A stretch of DNA of 64,000 nt from IMG/VR virus record IMGVR_UViG_3300025732_000016; one strand, written 5' to 3'. A program made the position numbers and the translations under genes. This DNA is from a virus. Lineage: Duplodnaviria; Caudoviricetes. The notes below the pieces were generated by a model, which had not been told where the DNA came from, searched no databases, and saw nothing but the letters and a program-made list of their open reading frames with translations. Below, piece after piece: positions 18,920 through 27,258 of the stretch; the stretch's first letter is position 1; the number at the start of each line of letters is the position of its first letter.

Positions 18920-19249
18920 TCACTCGGTGGAGTAGAGTTCAAATTTCCGGGCCTGGAGCTTCGGGTTCGTGCCCATCTTCTTCTTGTGGAGCTTCATCAC
19001 CTCATTGCGGGCCCAGAACTTCGCGCTCGTCTCGTCGCTGAAGAAGCGCATGGGAGTGTCGCCCTCTCTGTCCTCGGTGGTGATCTTCACGTACCAGCCT
19101 CCCTGGGAGGGCGCAGGGCTCACATCGGCGTGGATGCCGTCCATGTGACGCCAATCCTGCATGACATCCTCAGCGGGTGGGCTGCGCATGTTTCGACCGA
19201 GCTCTTCCCGGATGATGTCCCTGAGAATTCGAAGCGTGTCTTTCTTCAT
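18920..19249 (-). CDS. Hypothetical protein with N-terminal LRxxIREE tag
   Basis: MKKDTLRILRDIIREELG; AATAGTTA 5 nt upstream. Confidence 0.6.
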   Translation of the reverse strand: MKKDTLRILRDIIREELGRNMRSPPAEDVMQDWRHMDGIHADVSPAPSQGGWYVKITTEDREGDTPMRFFSDETSAKFWARNEVMKLHKKKMGTNPKLQARKFELYSTE

Positions 19250-19261
19250 CTCATTAACTAT

Positions 19262-20056
19262 TCAGCGCTTCCTCTCACCGTCACGAAGCGCTTCACAAGC
19301 CTGCCAGAAGATCTCCTCGTCCCTCTCCACGCAGACCCACTTTCGACCGAGGTTCCTTGCCGCCCAAGCTGTCGTCATGGAGCCGGCAAAGGGATCGAAG
19401 ACCCAGTCGCCGGGATTGGTGTTCGTCTCGATCGGTATCTCCATCACTCTCAGCGGCTTCTGTGTCGGGTGGACCTTCCCCTGCATGATCTCGGTGACGT
19501 CCATCCAGACGTTGGTCCGCCGGTAGAACTCTGACTTGCAAACGTAAGTCTTCTTACCTGGTTTCGGGGTATATCCCGGGTACCCCCGTTTCTCTGAGAG
19601 TAACGGAATGTTGAAGGTAATAGGTTTCCTTATGTCACCCTTCACGAGGTACAGGAGGTCTTCCCGTGTTTGGAGATAGTTGTGCTTCACTCCGTAGGCC
19701 CTCTTCTTGGACCAAGTGATGATGTTGGACATCCGCCAAGGGGTCTCGGACTCGAGGCGTGAGACATACTCGAAGAGTGGTCGGAAACCGGGTTTGCCGT
19801 ACCCACCCCACACGTACATTGCGCCACCGTCGACAACCAGCTCGCTGAAGCGGTTTGACCAACTGATCATCCAGTCCGCGAATGACTTCTGGTCCCCGTC
19901 CCACTTGTCCCAGTCCTCGCTGACAAGGTTCCCGTAGGGCGGGTCTGTCGCAACGAGCTTCAGGGGTCCACAGGTTCTCCTGACAAAGTCGACCACCTCA
20001 TCCGAGGCGCAGTCACCCTGAATGGCGTACCCGTCAGGAAATTCGTGTACTAGCAT
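19262..20056 (-). CDS. DNA N6-adenine/N4-cytosine methyltransferase (beta class)
   Basis: DPPY precedes HPTQKP and DPFAGS. Confidence 0.85.
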   Translation of the reverse strand: MLVHEFPDGYAIQGDCASDEVVDFVRRTCGPLKLVATDPPYGNLVSEDWDKWDGDQKSFADWMISWSNRFSELVVDGGAMYVWGGYGKPGFRPLFEYVSRLESETPWRMSNIITWSKKRAYGVKHNYLQTREDLLYLVKGDIRKPITFNIPLLSEKRGYPGYTPKPGKKTYVCKSEFYRRTNVWMDVTEIMQGKVHPTQKPLRVMEIPIETNTNPGDWVFDPFAGSMTTAWAARNLGRKWVCVERDEEIFWQACEALRDGERKR

Positions 20057-20065
20057 CTTAAATGA

Positions 20066-20103
20066 GTAAACCTCCCGAGGCCTGTGTAACCTGGGAGGTT
20101 TAC
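20066..20103 (-). terminator. Intrinsic terminator-like hairpin
   Basis: 11-bp perfect inverted repeat GTAAACCTCCC/GGGAGGTTTAC downstream of hsp20. Confidence 0.6.
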
Positions 20104-20118
20104 GACTAGCTTGGTGAG

Positions 20119-20499
20119 CTACTCTACGGAGATGACCCGCTTTGTCGTCTTCTGAACGGGAACCTCAACGTAGAGAATGCCAGCATCGTAACGTGCCGAG
20201 ATGCCCTCCTGCGTGACATTCTCACCGAGGCTCCAGGAGCGGAAGTAGGTGGACTTCGTGCCGTTCACCTCACGAGTTCCGGTGACGGTGAGGTAGTCAT
20301 TCTCGGTGGAGACCTCGATGTCAGAGCGACTGAGGCCCGGCATCTCCACGGCAATGGAGTAGCCCTTGTCGTTCTCGTTGATCTGTGCACGGGTCTGTAC
20401 GGCCGTCTTCGTGGTGCCACGATTGCTTCGATCGTCGAGGAACGTGTCGAGGAAGGTGTCGAAGCTGGCGTGGGGATTGCGGGTCATGAGGCTGAACAT
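20119..20499 (-). CDS. Small heat-shock protein (Hsp20)
   Basis: EMPGLSRSDIEV, YFRSWSL and ARYDAGILYVEVP; RBS GGAGA before ATG 20499. Confidence 0.85.
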   Translation of the reverse strand: MFSLMTRNPHASFDTFLDTFLDDRSNRGTTKTAVQTRAQINENDKGYSIAVEMPGLSRSDIEVSTENDYLTVTGTREVNGTKSTYFRSWSLGENVTQEGISARYDAGILYVEVPVQKTTKRVISVE

Positions 20500-20555
20500 G
20501 CTGTTTTCTCCTTGTTTCTGGTTGACCGGAGGAACCATTCCTCCATGATCTAAAG

Positions 20556-20819
20556 TTAAACACCGTTCTTGGAGAGAACACCCTTTTTCTTCACTTTCTT
20601 CTCAATTCTTGTGACCCACTTTGACCAGTCCTCCCTCTCATACTCTTCCTTCGTGCAAACACAGTGCTCGTGAAAGACTCCGATGAATCCGAGCGGGCAC
20701 TCTGGGACTCCAGCGAGGTAGAGGCGGCGCTCATCGTCAGGGTGAACAGTTCCCTCGAAACCACCGGAAGTGGGCTTGGTCACTGTCACCCTGACGATGG
20801 GTCCGGCGTACGTCCTCAC
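20556..20819 (-). CDS. Hypothetical SH3-like protein; start uncertain or frameshifted
   Basis: VGDLVYVRTYAG frame lacks an ATG; the coupled ATG at 20854 is out of frame. Confidence 0.45.
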   Translation of the reverse strand: MRTYAGPIVRVTVTKPTSGGFEGTVHPDDERRLYLAGVPECPLGFIGVFHEHCVCTKEEYEREDWSKWVTRIEKKVKKKGVLSKNGV

Positions 20820-20850
20820 ATAGACGAGATCACCGACCCTTCGCCGAGTC

Positions 20851-21405
20851 TCATGCTGTCTTGAGTTGTAGCTGTCTGCGCTCGGAGGCAGACTCTGGAA
20901 AGAGCTGCCTTTCCAGCTCCCTACGTTCTCTAGCCTTCTCTCGTTTATTGCTGGGCCGCATGATCTCGGTGCAGAAGAGCTCGGTGAGCTCGGGGACCTC
21001 CGCACCACTCTCAATGGCTCTTTGGAGCTGAGGTGACTTCCTGATTGCAACTGCTACTCTCCGTACTGATTTCTTAACGCTGTGTTGATCGCTCGTGGTC
21101 ATGTTGCTTCCAAGGCCGTTCTTATTGAGCTGGAAGACTCCCCTTGAGTTTCCACTGTCCCCGACAGCCTTTGGATTGAATCTGCTCTCTGCGTAAGCAT
21201 TCAGCAGGGCAGCCTTGATTAGTGGGGAATCGAACCCCTCATCTCTCATCACCTGCTCAATTTCGCAGGCCACTTCTCTATTTTCTATCTCGGTCGAAAT
21301 GTCCTCACAGACCAGACCTTTCCTGTAGTGTTGCTCAACCTCGGGCTCAGGACCTATGGGGGTCGTAAGGAGCAGGAGGAGAGCGAAATGCAGGTGCAGC
21401 ATCAT
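20851..21405 (-). CDS. Lytic transglycosylase (SLT/lysozyme-like) with signal peptide
   Basis: Hydrophobic N-terminus; AYAESRFNPKAVGDSGNSRGVFQL (catalytic E and GxFQ motif). Confidence 0.7.
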   Translation of the reverse strand: MMLHLHFALLLLLTTPIGPEPEVEQHYRKGLVCEDISTEIENREVACEIEQVMRDEGFDSPLIKAALLNAYAESRFNPKAVGDSGNSRGVFQLNKNGLGSNMTTSDQHSVKKSVRRVAVAIRKSPQLQRAIESGAEVPELTELFCTEIMRPSNKREKARERRELERQLFPESASERRQLQLKTA

Positions 21406-21468
21406 TCTCCGTTGTGGTTATTCGATCAAAGTGGGCTTGGACCACAGATCGAAAAGATAGGTATACTC

Positions 21469-21774
21469 TCACTCGTCGTTATCTATGGGCGTGAGGTTGA
21501 CATAGCGCTCGATGATGTACCACTTCACTCGACTCTGTCTCTTCTCGTAAGATGCTCGCTCAGTGCTGGCGTTTTGCGATTTCCTGAGCAATTTTCGAAA
21601 CTTTCTTTTTGCCTTTCGAGCATCAGCTGGGTCAAGCTGACTGAGACAAGAGTCAAGGCTTCCTTGAGAATTTCTTGGATAGTGGGAAGGAGGAACAAGG
21701 CCAAGATCGACATACGCCATGTCTGTCAATAGCTGCTGCATCTCCCAATGAAAGTAAGCTTTTGATGCTCTCAT
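21469..21774 (-). CDS. Hypothetical basic protein
   Basis: ATG with RBS; ARKAKRKFRKL. Confidence 0.55.
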   Translation of the reverse strand: MRASKAYFHWEMQQLLTDMAYVDLGLVPPSHYPRNSQGSLDSCLSQLDPADARKAKRKFRKLLRKSQNASTERASYEKRQSRVKWYIIERYVNLTPIDNDE

Positions 21775-22003
21775 CTTTCCTTGTAGGTTACTCAGGATTG
21801 TGGACCTCTCTCCCTTTCACCTGGTACAACCACCCGGTCACCAGCACCAGTCCAGGGCGCAACTCGCCGCAGAGAAACGACGTTGATAGCGTTATCTGGT
21901 CAGCTATCAAAAACCCAAAGCCCTCAAGTAGGCTTCCTCTGCAGGCACCAGCATTGGCGCCTGAATAAGGTTACTATGGCAGTGTGAAGTTTACACTGAA
22001 CGT

Positions 22004-22011
22004 GATAGTTA
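22004..22011 (+). promoter_or_regulatory. Putative late-promoter octamer GATAGTTA
   Basis: One of 16 NATA(G/C/T)(T/A)TA boxes found upstream of start codons in the sense orientation. Confidence 0.5.
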
Positions 22012-22027
22012 CTTCAGAGGAGTCACA

Positions 22028-22438
22028 ATGTCTTCAAACTGGCCGAAGCCAACTCACAACTACGTTCCCGAGTACCAGCAGTCGGGCATCCCATACGTCA
22101 CAAGCTCTGCAGCGAACGAGGTTGGAGCGACGGCCATCCAAGTCTCGTTCCCCTACGTGACAAGGTGGGTGCAGGTCTTCAACACCGATGGAGTTGCAGG
22201 TGACACAATGAGAGTGGGCTTCACGCAAAATGGTGTGAACTCGATTGAATCTGCAAATTACTTCATCCTGAGCGGTAGCCAGTCCACCGACAGGCTGGAG
22301 CTCAAGTGCACGGGACTGTGGTTCCTGAAGCACGGTGCAAACCCGGCGAGCTTCAGCGTCGTAGCAGGCCTCACGAACGTTCCTGCAGCGGGCTTCCCGA
22401 TCCTCTCAGGCTCCAACGAGGTCGCCGGAGTCGGTTAA
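22028..22438 (+). CDS. Hypothetical beta-rich protein, possibly virion
   Basis: RBS GAGGAG; beta-sandwich-like composition. Confidence 0.6.
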   Translation: MSSNWPKPTHNYVPEYQQSGIPYVTSSAANEVGATAIQVSFPYVTRWVQVFNTDGVAGDTMRVGFTQNGVNSIESANYFILSGSQSTDRLELKCTGLWFLKHGANPASFSVVAGLTNVPAAGFPILSGSNEVAGVG

Positions 22439-22443
22439 AACAG

Positions 22444-22473
22444 CGCTCCCGGGGACATTCAACCCCGGGAGCG
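22444..22473. terminator. Bidirectional terminator-like hairpin between convergent genes
   Basis: 11-bp inverted repeat CGCTCCCGGGG/CCCCGGGAGCG. Confidence 0.6.
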
Positions 22474-22488
22474 ACAGGTGTTTGGTGA

Positions 22489-22740
22489 TTAGGGCTTTGC
22501 GGGCTCAGCCGCAGGTGCCGCCTCAGCGGCAGGAGCAGCCTCACTGGTGGCCGGAGCAGCAGCTTCCGCCGCGGGAGCTGCCGGAGCAGCCTCAGCGGGT
22601 GCGCCAGCGGGTGCCTCCTCAGCAGCTGGTGCCTCGACCTTCTCTTCTCCGCCAAAAAGTCCGGTGGAGAGCGCAGTGAGACCAGCAATGATGGCAGCGA
22701 GGATCGCCGCAATGACCTTGTTGTTCTTGATGAGTTCCAT
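22489..22740 (-). CDS. Small membrane-anchored protein with Ala/Pro/Glu-rich tail
   Basis: ATG 22740 after GAGG; TM segment VIAAILAAIIAGLTAL; AEAAPA repeats. Confidence 0.6.
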   Translation of the reverse strand: MELIKNNKVIAAILAAIIAGLTALSTGLFGGEEKVEAPAAEEAPAGAPAEAAPAAPAAEAAAPATSEAAPAAEAAPAAEPAKP

Positions 22741-22753
22741 TGTGTCCTCTTGG

Positions 22754-22867
22754 TTACTCCGCCGCCGAGTCAGCGGCAGAATCAGTACCGCTCGAGTCTT
22801 CGTCGCTACCGGTGCAGCCACCGAGGAAGAGAAGACCGAGAGCGAAAATTGCAGTGATGAACTTCAT
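22754..22867 (-). CDS. 37-aa lipoprotein (not in ORF track)
   Basis: MKFITAIFALGLLFLGG-C-TGSDEDSSGTDSAADSAAE; lipobox; RBS GGAG. Confidence 0.65.
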   Translation of the reverse strand: MKFITAIFALGLLFLGGCTGSDEDSSGTDSAADSAAE

Positions 22868-22965
22868 TTGATGCTCCATTCCCTTGATTGGGTAATCAGA
22901 TTCTATACCTCACAATCGAGTGTACAGAACGCTCAGTAACTATAGCTTGGCGTGAGTTTGTGTAA

Positions 22966-24855
22966 TCAACGCAGAGTGTAATCGCTGCAGAACTTTCTCT
23001 CATGAGAAGTAAGATTATGTTCACTGCGGATTGGAAGAGAGTCTGCAGACTCCATGAGAGTCTTTGAGACTCTTGAAGCAGATTCATCGTTGTTGTCCCA
23101 TACGTCCTCGAAGAGTCTATCGACTACCTTGCGACGCGAGTTGAGAAAGTGCTCAACTAATTCACGGTTAGGTGAAACCTTTAAGCTCACCCCGATTCTC
23201 TCTTCAGTCTGAGCTCTCGATAGGGTTAGGGCCATAACTGCAAGTTCAGCCCCGATGTCGACCAACCTACCGAGTATGAGCTGTCGCATCTCAAGCTTTG
23301 GTCCTCTCAGAAGCATCTGGTGAAACAAAGTTAGGGCGAGCTTTCTTGTTTTTGATTCTATCCAGTTGAGGTGTGCAACAAAAGAGTCATCGAACTCAAG
23401 AAATTTATCTGTTATTGGACCGAACAAGTTTCCGATGTACCACTTCGGATAGATGAGCGCGCACTTTCCGACCACCTTGAGCTTGTCCCAAAGAGTGGCT
23501 CCCTTCTTGAAAAGACCACCGGCATTCTTCAGGTGACCGTCAAGGGCCTCGCGGGCAATGAAGAGGTGCATGATGTCCGTGGTCCCTTCGACAATACGGT
23601 TGATTCGAGTGTCACGAAGTGCTCTCTCTATCGGAAATCCGACCTCGCCTCTTCCCTCAACCGACTTTTCTGTTTCAAATCCGCGACCACCTCTCAACTG
23701 GAGAGCGGTGTCAACCACCTCCCAACTCCTCTCGCTGTTCCACATCTTGGCGGTGGCAGCTTCCATACGGATGTCCACATCATGCTTGTCACTGAGGGCT
23801 GCGCCGTAAAGTGCTAGCGTCTCCATCGCATACGTGAGCCCTGCAATGTCTGCCAACTTCTGCGCACCTGCCTCGTGTTCACCCACCGCCTTACCCCACT
23901 GAGTCCGACTCTTGGCCCATGAGGCAGAGAAGTCTCGGATGTCCTTGGAGACGAAGGCTGCCACAGCGGGAATTCCCAGACGACCGTCATTGAGAGTGGT
24001 GAGAGCCAGCTTGAGACCCTTGCCCTCACCGAGGATGACATTGTCACCGGGAACCTTGACATTCCTGAAACGGATGAGACCGTTCTCGATGGCACGGATA
24101 CCGAGGAAACGACAGCGGTGAACGACCTCCAAGCCCTCTGAGCGTCCCTCGACCACGAATGCCGTGATTCCCTTCCTTCCATCCTCCGAGGTGGTGCGCG
24201 CCATGACGACGTAGAGGTCTGCAAGGGTTCCGTTGGTACACCAGAGCTTCTCACCATTGAGGACCCATGAACCATCAGGCTGCTTCACGGCCTCAGTAAC
24301 CATGCTGGCTGGATCAGATCCAGCACCGGGCTCAGTGAGAGCGAATGCCGATAGCTCACCCTTGGCGATTCGAGGAAGCCACTTCTGCTTCTGTTCCTCG
24401 GTGCCAAAGAGCTTCAGTGGCTGTGGAACGCCGATGGACTGGTGTGCTGAAAGCGTCGCTGCGGTGGAACCGCAGTACTTTGCTACTGTGCCAAGTATCC
24501 GCACGTAGTTTGTCTGCGACATTCCAAGGCCACCGTACTTCTTGTCAATCTTGATGCCAAAGAGACCGAGATCTGCGAGTCCGCGCCACACATGTGGAGG
24601 AATCTCCTGGTTCTTGTCAATGAGGTCTCCGTCAAGATTGCCTTGTGCCCATGCTTCAAACTTCTCGATCACTGAGTCTCCCTCCTTCCTGTCCTCCTCA
24701 CTCTGCAGTGGGAACGGGAAAGCAAGGCCCATATCAAGTTCACCCATGAACATGGATCCCATGAATGACTTGGACTTCCAGTCGAGCTCACGGCTCTCTT
24801 CTGCGACCTGGATCGACTTTGCCTCTTCCTGTGTGCGATTCTTGTTCTCTATCAT
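22966..24855 (-). CDS. Acyl-CoA dehydrogenase family protein
   Basis: FALTEPGAGSD, LNGEKLWCTNG, TTLNDGRL, GGRGF and RIVEGTTDI motifs. Confidence 0.9.
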   Translation of the reverse strand: MIENKNRTQEEAKSIQVAEESRELDWKSKSFMGSMFMGELDMGLAFPFPLQSEEDRKEGDSVIEKFEAWAQGNLDGDLIDKNQEIPPHVWRGLADLGLFGIKIDKKYGGLGMSQTNYVRILGTVAKYCGSTAATLSAHQSIGVPQPLKLFGTEEQKQKWLPRIAKGELSAFALTEPGAGSDPASMVTEAVKQPDGSWVLNGEKLWCTNGTLADLYVVMARTTSEDGRKGITAFVVEGRSEGLEVVHRCRFLGIRAIENGLIRFRNVKVPGDNVILGEGKGLKLALTTLNDGRLGIPAVAAFVSKDIRDFSASWAKSRTQWGKAVGEHEAGAQKLADIAGLTYAMETLALYGAALSDKHDVDIRMEAATAKMWNSERSWEVVDTALQLRGGRGFETEKSVEGRGEVGFPIERALRDTRINRIVEGTTDIMHLFIAREALDGHLKNAGGLFKKGATLWDKLKVVGKCALIYPKWYIGNLFGPITDKFLEFDDSFVAHLNWIESKTRKLALTLFHQMLLRGPKLEMRQLILGRLVDIGAELAVMALTLSRAQTEERIGVSLKVSPNRELVEHFLNSRRKVVDRLFEDVWDNNDESASRVSKTLMESADSLPIRSEHNLTSHERKFCSDYTLR

Positions 24856-24902
24856 GTGACTCCTCAATGAAAGGATAACAAAGAATCAACGATGTATCAA
24901 AG

Positions 24903-25269
24903 TGGTGGACCCGAGGGGAGTCGAACCCCTGTCCGAAGCATTATCATCCTTCCGAGATACGTGGCCTGCCGGAAGCTCACCGGCGAGTGTCGGAACCTTT
25001 GGTCCCCGTCACGGTGTCCTGTCTATCTTCGTTCCCCGACCGTCCACCGATCCGTCGGTTCACTGCGGGTCTGAAACTCACCCGGAAGGATTCGACCATT
25101 CTCCTTCCGAACGCCACGGGGTCTAGATGCCCCGGGACTTCAATCAGGCCGCGAGGGCCTCGCTGAAGTGGTCAGTGTTGTTGGCACTTACTTGCTTGGT
25201 CCGATGCGGGAGACCACCCCTGCCACGCCCTTCAGGAATCCGACACCCCGTCGAAGCCAGTACGGGCCC
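24903..25269 (-). ncRNA. ssrA: tmRNA; tag peptide (A)ANNTDHFSEALAA
   Basis: 5' GGGCCCG pairs with 3' CGGGUCC-A-CCA including G3:U; T-loop UUCGACU; UAAGU precedes the resume codon GCC; tag ends ALAA-stop (25144-25185). Confidence 0.95.
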
Positions 25270-25374
25270 ATGAAATGATTGCGGCTTTGACCCAGAGCCG
25301 CGAACTGGCCGACCTACGATTCGAGCAGGATTGCTGTCAGGATACCTGCGGTTACGATCCCTGATCAGGGGCGA

Positions 25375-25662
25375 TTAGGCCGGAGGAGTCTCGGCAGTGT
25401 CTCCGCCCGTGTCCTCGGTCCCGGTGTCGCTGGTGCCCGTGTCCGAGCCAGTGTCGACCGGGTCGGTGGCAGTGTCACCGGTGTCAGCCCCCGTGTCAAC
25501 GGGGTCGATTGCAGTGTCAGCGGTATCAGCGGTGTCGCCGGTATCGACCGGAGTTCCCGTGTCGTCGCCGCACTCGACAGCGGTGTCCTCCTTCACCTCC
25601 TCATCAGTAGAGCATGCGAAGAGGAGGAAGGGGAGAGTGAGGAACAGAACTACGAAACGCAT
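25375..25662 (-). CDS. Lipoprotein with DTG/DTA repeats
   Basis: Lipobox LLFA-C; acidic DTG repeats. Confidence 0.75.
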   Translation of the reverse strand: MRFVVLFLTLPFLLFACSTDEEVKEDTAVECGDDTGTPVDTGDTADTADTAIDPVDTGADTGDTATDPVDTGSDTGTSDTGTEDTGGDTAETPPA

Positions 25663-25699
25663 TATTTTCTCCTTGTGTTGGAAAGGCTAAGTATGGGGA

Positions 25700-25786
25700 C
25701 GGAGACGGCAGGATTTGAACCTGCGACCAGCTTTCGCCGGTGATCCCTTAGCAAGGGATTGGTTTGAGCCGCTCACCCACGTCTCC
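25700..25786 (-). tRNA. tRNA-Ser(GCU), CCA not encoded
   Basis: Cloverleaf with long variable arm; anticodon loop UU-GCU-AA. Confidence 0.9.
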
Positions 25787-25794
25787 AAAGTAAA

Positions 25795-25883
25795 TGGCGG
25801 AAGGAGTGAGATTCGAACTCACGGTGGTGTTTACCCACGGCGGTTTTCAAGACCGCTGCCTTAAACCACTCGGCCATCCTTCC
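25795..25883 (-). tRNA. tRNA-Ser(UGA)
   Basis: Loop CU-UGA-AA; long variable arm; CCA. Confidence 0.95.
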
Positions 25884-25887
25884 ATAA

Positions 25888-25962
25888 TGGAGCCCGAAGT
25901 CGGGATTGAACCGACGACCTGCTGCTTACAAGGCAGCTGCTCTACCACTGAGCTATTCGGGC
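25888..25962 (-). tRNA. tRNA-Thr(UGU)
   Basis: Loop CU-UGU-AA; CCA. Confidence 0.95.
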
Positions 25963-25987
25963 ATTGGTTCCTGTTAGGAACATTGTT

Positions 25988-26016
25988 AATGTAGTCACAC
26001 CGTCAAAGGTGTACAC
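25988..26016 (-). promoter_or_regulatory. Putative sigma70-type promoter for Thr-Ser-Ser tRNAs
   Basis: GTGTAC-N17-TACATT. Confidence 0.45.
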
Positions 26017-26039
26017 ATTGCTCTCAACTTCTTTCGGTT

Positions 26040-26118
26040 CACCAGTTGCTCTCTGTTGAACCCGGGTCCATGGTAAGGTATATCCTAATCACCTAAACCC
26101 GAGTAACACAGAGTATCA
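26040..26118 (+). repeat. Copy A of a duplicated ~78-nt promoter-bearing element (copy B at 53455-53532, minus strand)
   Basis: Shares an exact 17-mer ATGGTAAGGTATATCCT plus flanking blocks with copy B; contains TTGAAC-N17-TATATC. Confidence 0.7.
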
Positions 26119-26159
26119 CAGGGTTCAACGGGTGTCATCGTGGTTTCGGTGTGGAACCT

Positions 26160-27254
26160 TCAAGCCAACCTCACAAGTCTGACCCAGTTTGCGTTGATCG
26201 CACCGAGTCCGATGACTTCCTTCTCCTGTGCGAAGAAGTTAACCTCTTCCATCTCAACGTCGTACAGGCCCTCGGCATCGAGAAACTTCCCAGAGTTCTC
26301 TCCTGAGCTCGCTGCAAAGATGACCGAGTATGTGTTGCTTTCCCACTGGCTACGACGACCCAATGAGAAACCGTCAGCGACCTCAATGTCAGATGACCAA
26401 GAGGAAGAGAACCTGTCACCCGTGGGTGTGATCTCGAAATTGCCCCGCAGCTCCTGCTTCCCGCCGTCTGGGTCCAGCTCAGTGATGTCCACTCCCATCC
26501 TCTCGAGCTCATCTAGCGTGAGGGACATCCCGCGGAAGTATGTTCCGGGCGGAGCTTCCCTGAAGACGTCCGTGTAGAGTCCATCCCTGATGAATCCCAT
26601 GATAAGGTTGGCCTGCTGCCTTGTGAGCGGCCTGTTCCCCTCAAAGTGGTTGATGATGGACCGGAGGAGGGCAGACTCAACAGGCGTGTTCCTCTCCATC
26701 GGAGGACGCTTCTTGGCAGCCTGGCGCTGGGGTGAGAATGCGTACTTCCCAAGGGGCGAGCCAATGGGAGCCGTGGGCTCATAGGAGGCGGCATACTCAG
26801 CCTCCTCTCGCTCTGCCCCATCCAGCTCGGCAATCCGGCTCATCCTGAGAATCTCCTTCGACTGGCGCCTCATCTCCTTTCCGATTCTCTCGATGGCTCG
26901 TGAGACCCTGAGGTCCCTCCTGTCATCGTTATCCACGAACTTGACGAGCTGCCTGTAGACACCATCGAGGAACTTTCCACCAGGGTCGAATCCCATGACG
27001 CTCTCGAAGGGGATGTCGGGAGACTCTTCCCTGCCGTACTCATACGTGAACCCGGGAATTGCCTTCTGGAAGATCTCGACGTACTCTCCGTATGTCGGCC
27101 ACCTCCCACTGATGTCCTTGAAGTCGCTTCGCAAGAAGTATCGCCAGAATTCGAAGACACCGTGGATGGAGTCTCCACCTGGGTGCTGGGACTTCGCTTC
27201 GGCGAGGAGGGTCTCGCGGATGAGATGTCGAAGCGTAGACTCAGTGATTCGCAT
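26160..27254 (-). CDS. Putative ADP-ribosyltransferase (R-S-E type) with N-terminal tag
   Basis: YFRGM, SSSWS and QEKEV in the C-terminal domain; N-terminus MRITESTLRHLIRETLLAE. Confidence 0.65.
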   Translation of the reverse strand: MRITESTLRHLIRETLLAEAKSQHPGGDSIHGVFEFWRYFLRSDFKDISGRWPTYGEYVEIFQKAIPGFTYEYGREESPDIPFESVMGFDPGGKFLDGVYRQLVKFVDNDDRRDLRVSRAIERIGKEMRRQSKEILRMSRIAELDGAEREEAEYAASYEPTAPIGSPLGKYAFSPQRQAAKKRPPMERNTPVESALLRSIINHFEGNRPLTRQQANLIMGFIRDGLYTDVFREAPPGTYFRGMSLTLDELERMGVDITELDPDGGKQELRGNFEITPTGDRFSSSWSSDIEVADGFSLGRRSQWESNTYSVIFAASSGENSGKFLDAEGLYDVEMEEVNFFAQEKEVIGLGAINANWVRLVRLA

Positions 27255-27258
27255 GATA

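Noticed and set aside
21790-21960. Small minus-strand ORF in the divergent intergenic gap
   Set aside because: Open frame without ATG or RBS; cannot be supported.
25270-25374. Structured leader upstream of the tmRNA
   Set aside because: One hairpin (GCGGCT...AGCCGC) fits a terminator or processing stem after the lipoprotein gene; no recognisable riboswitch core.
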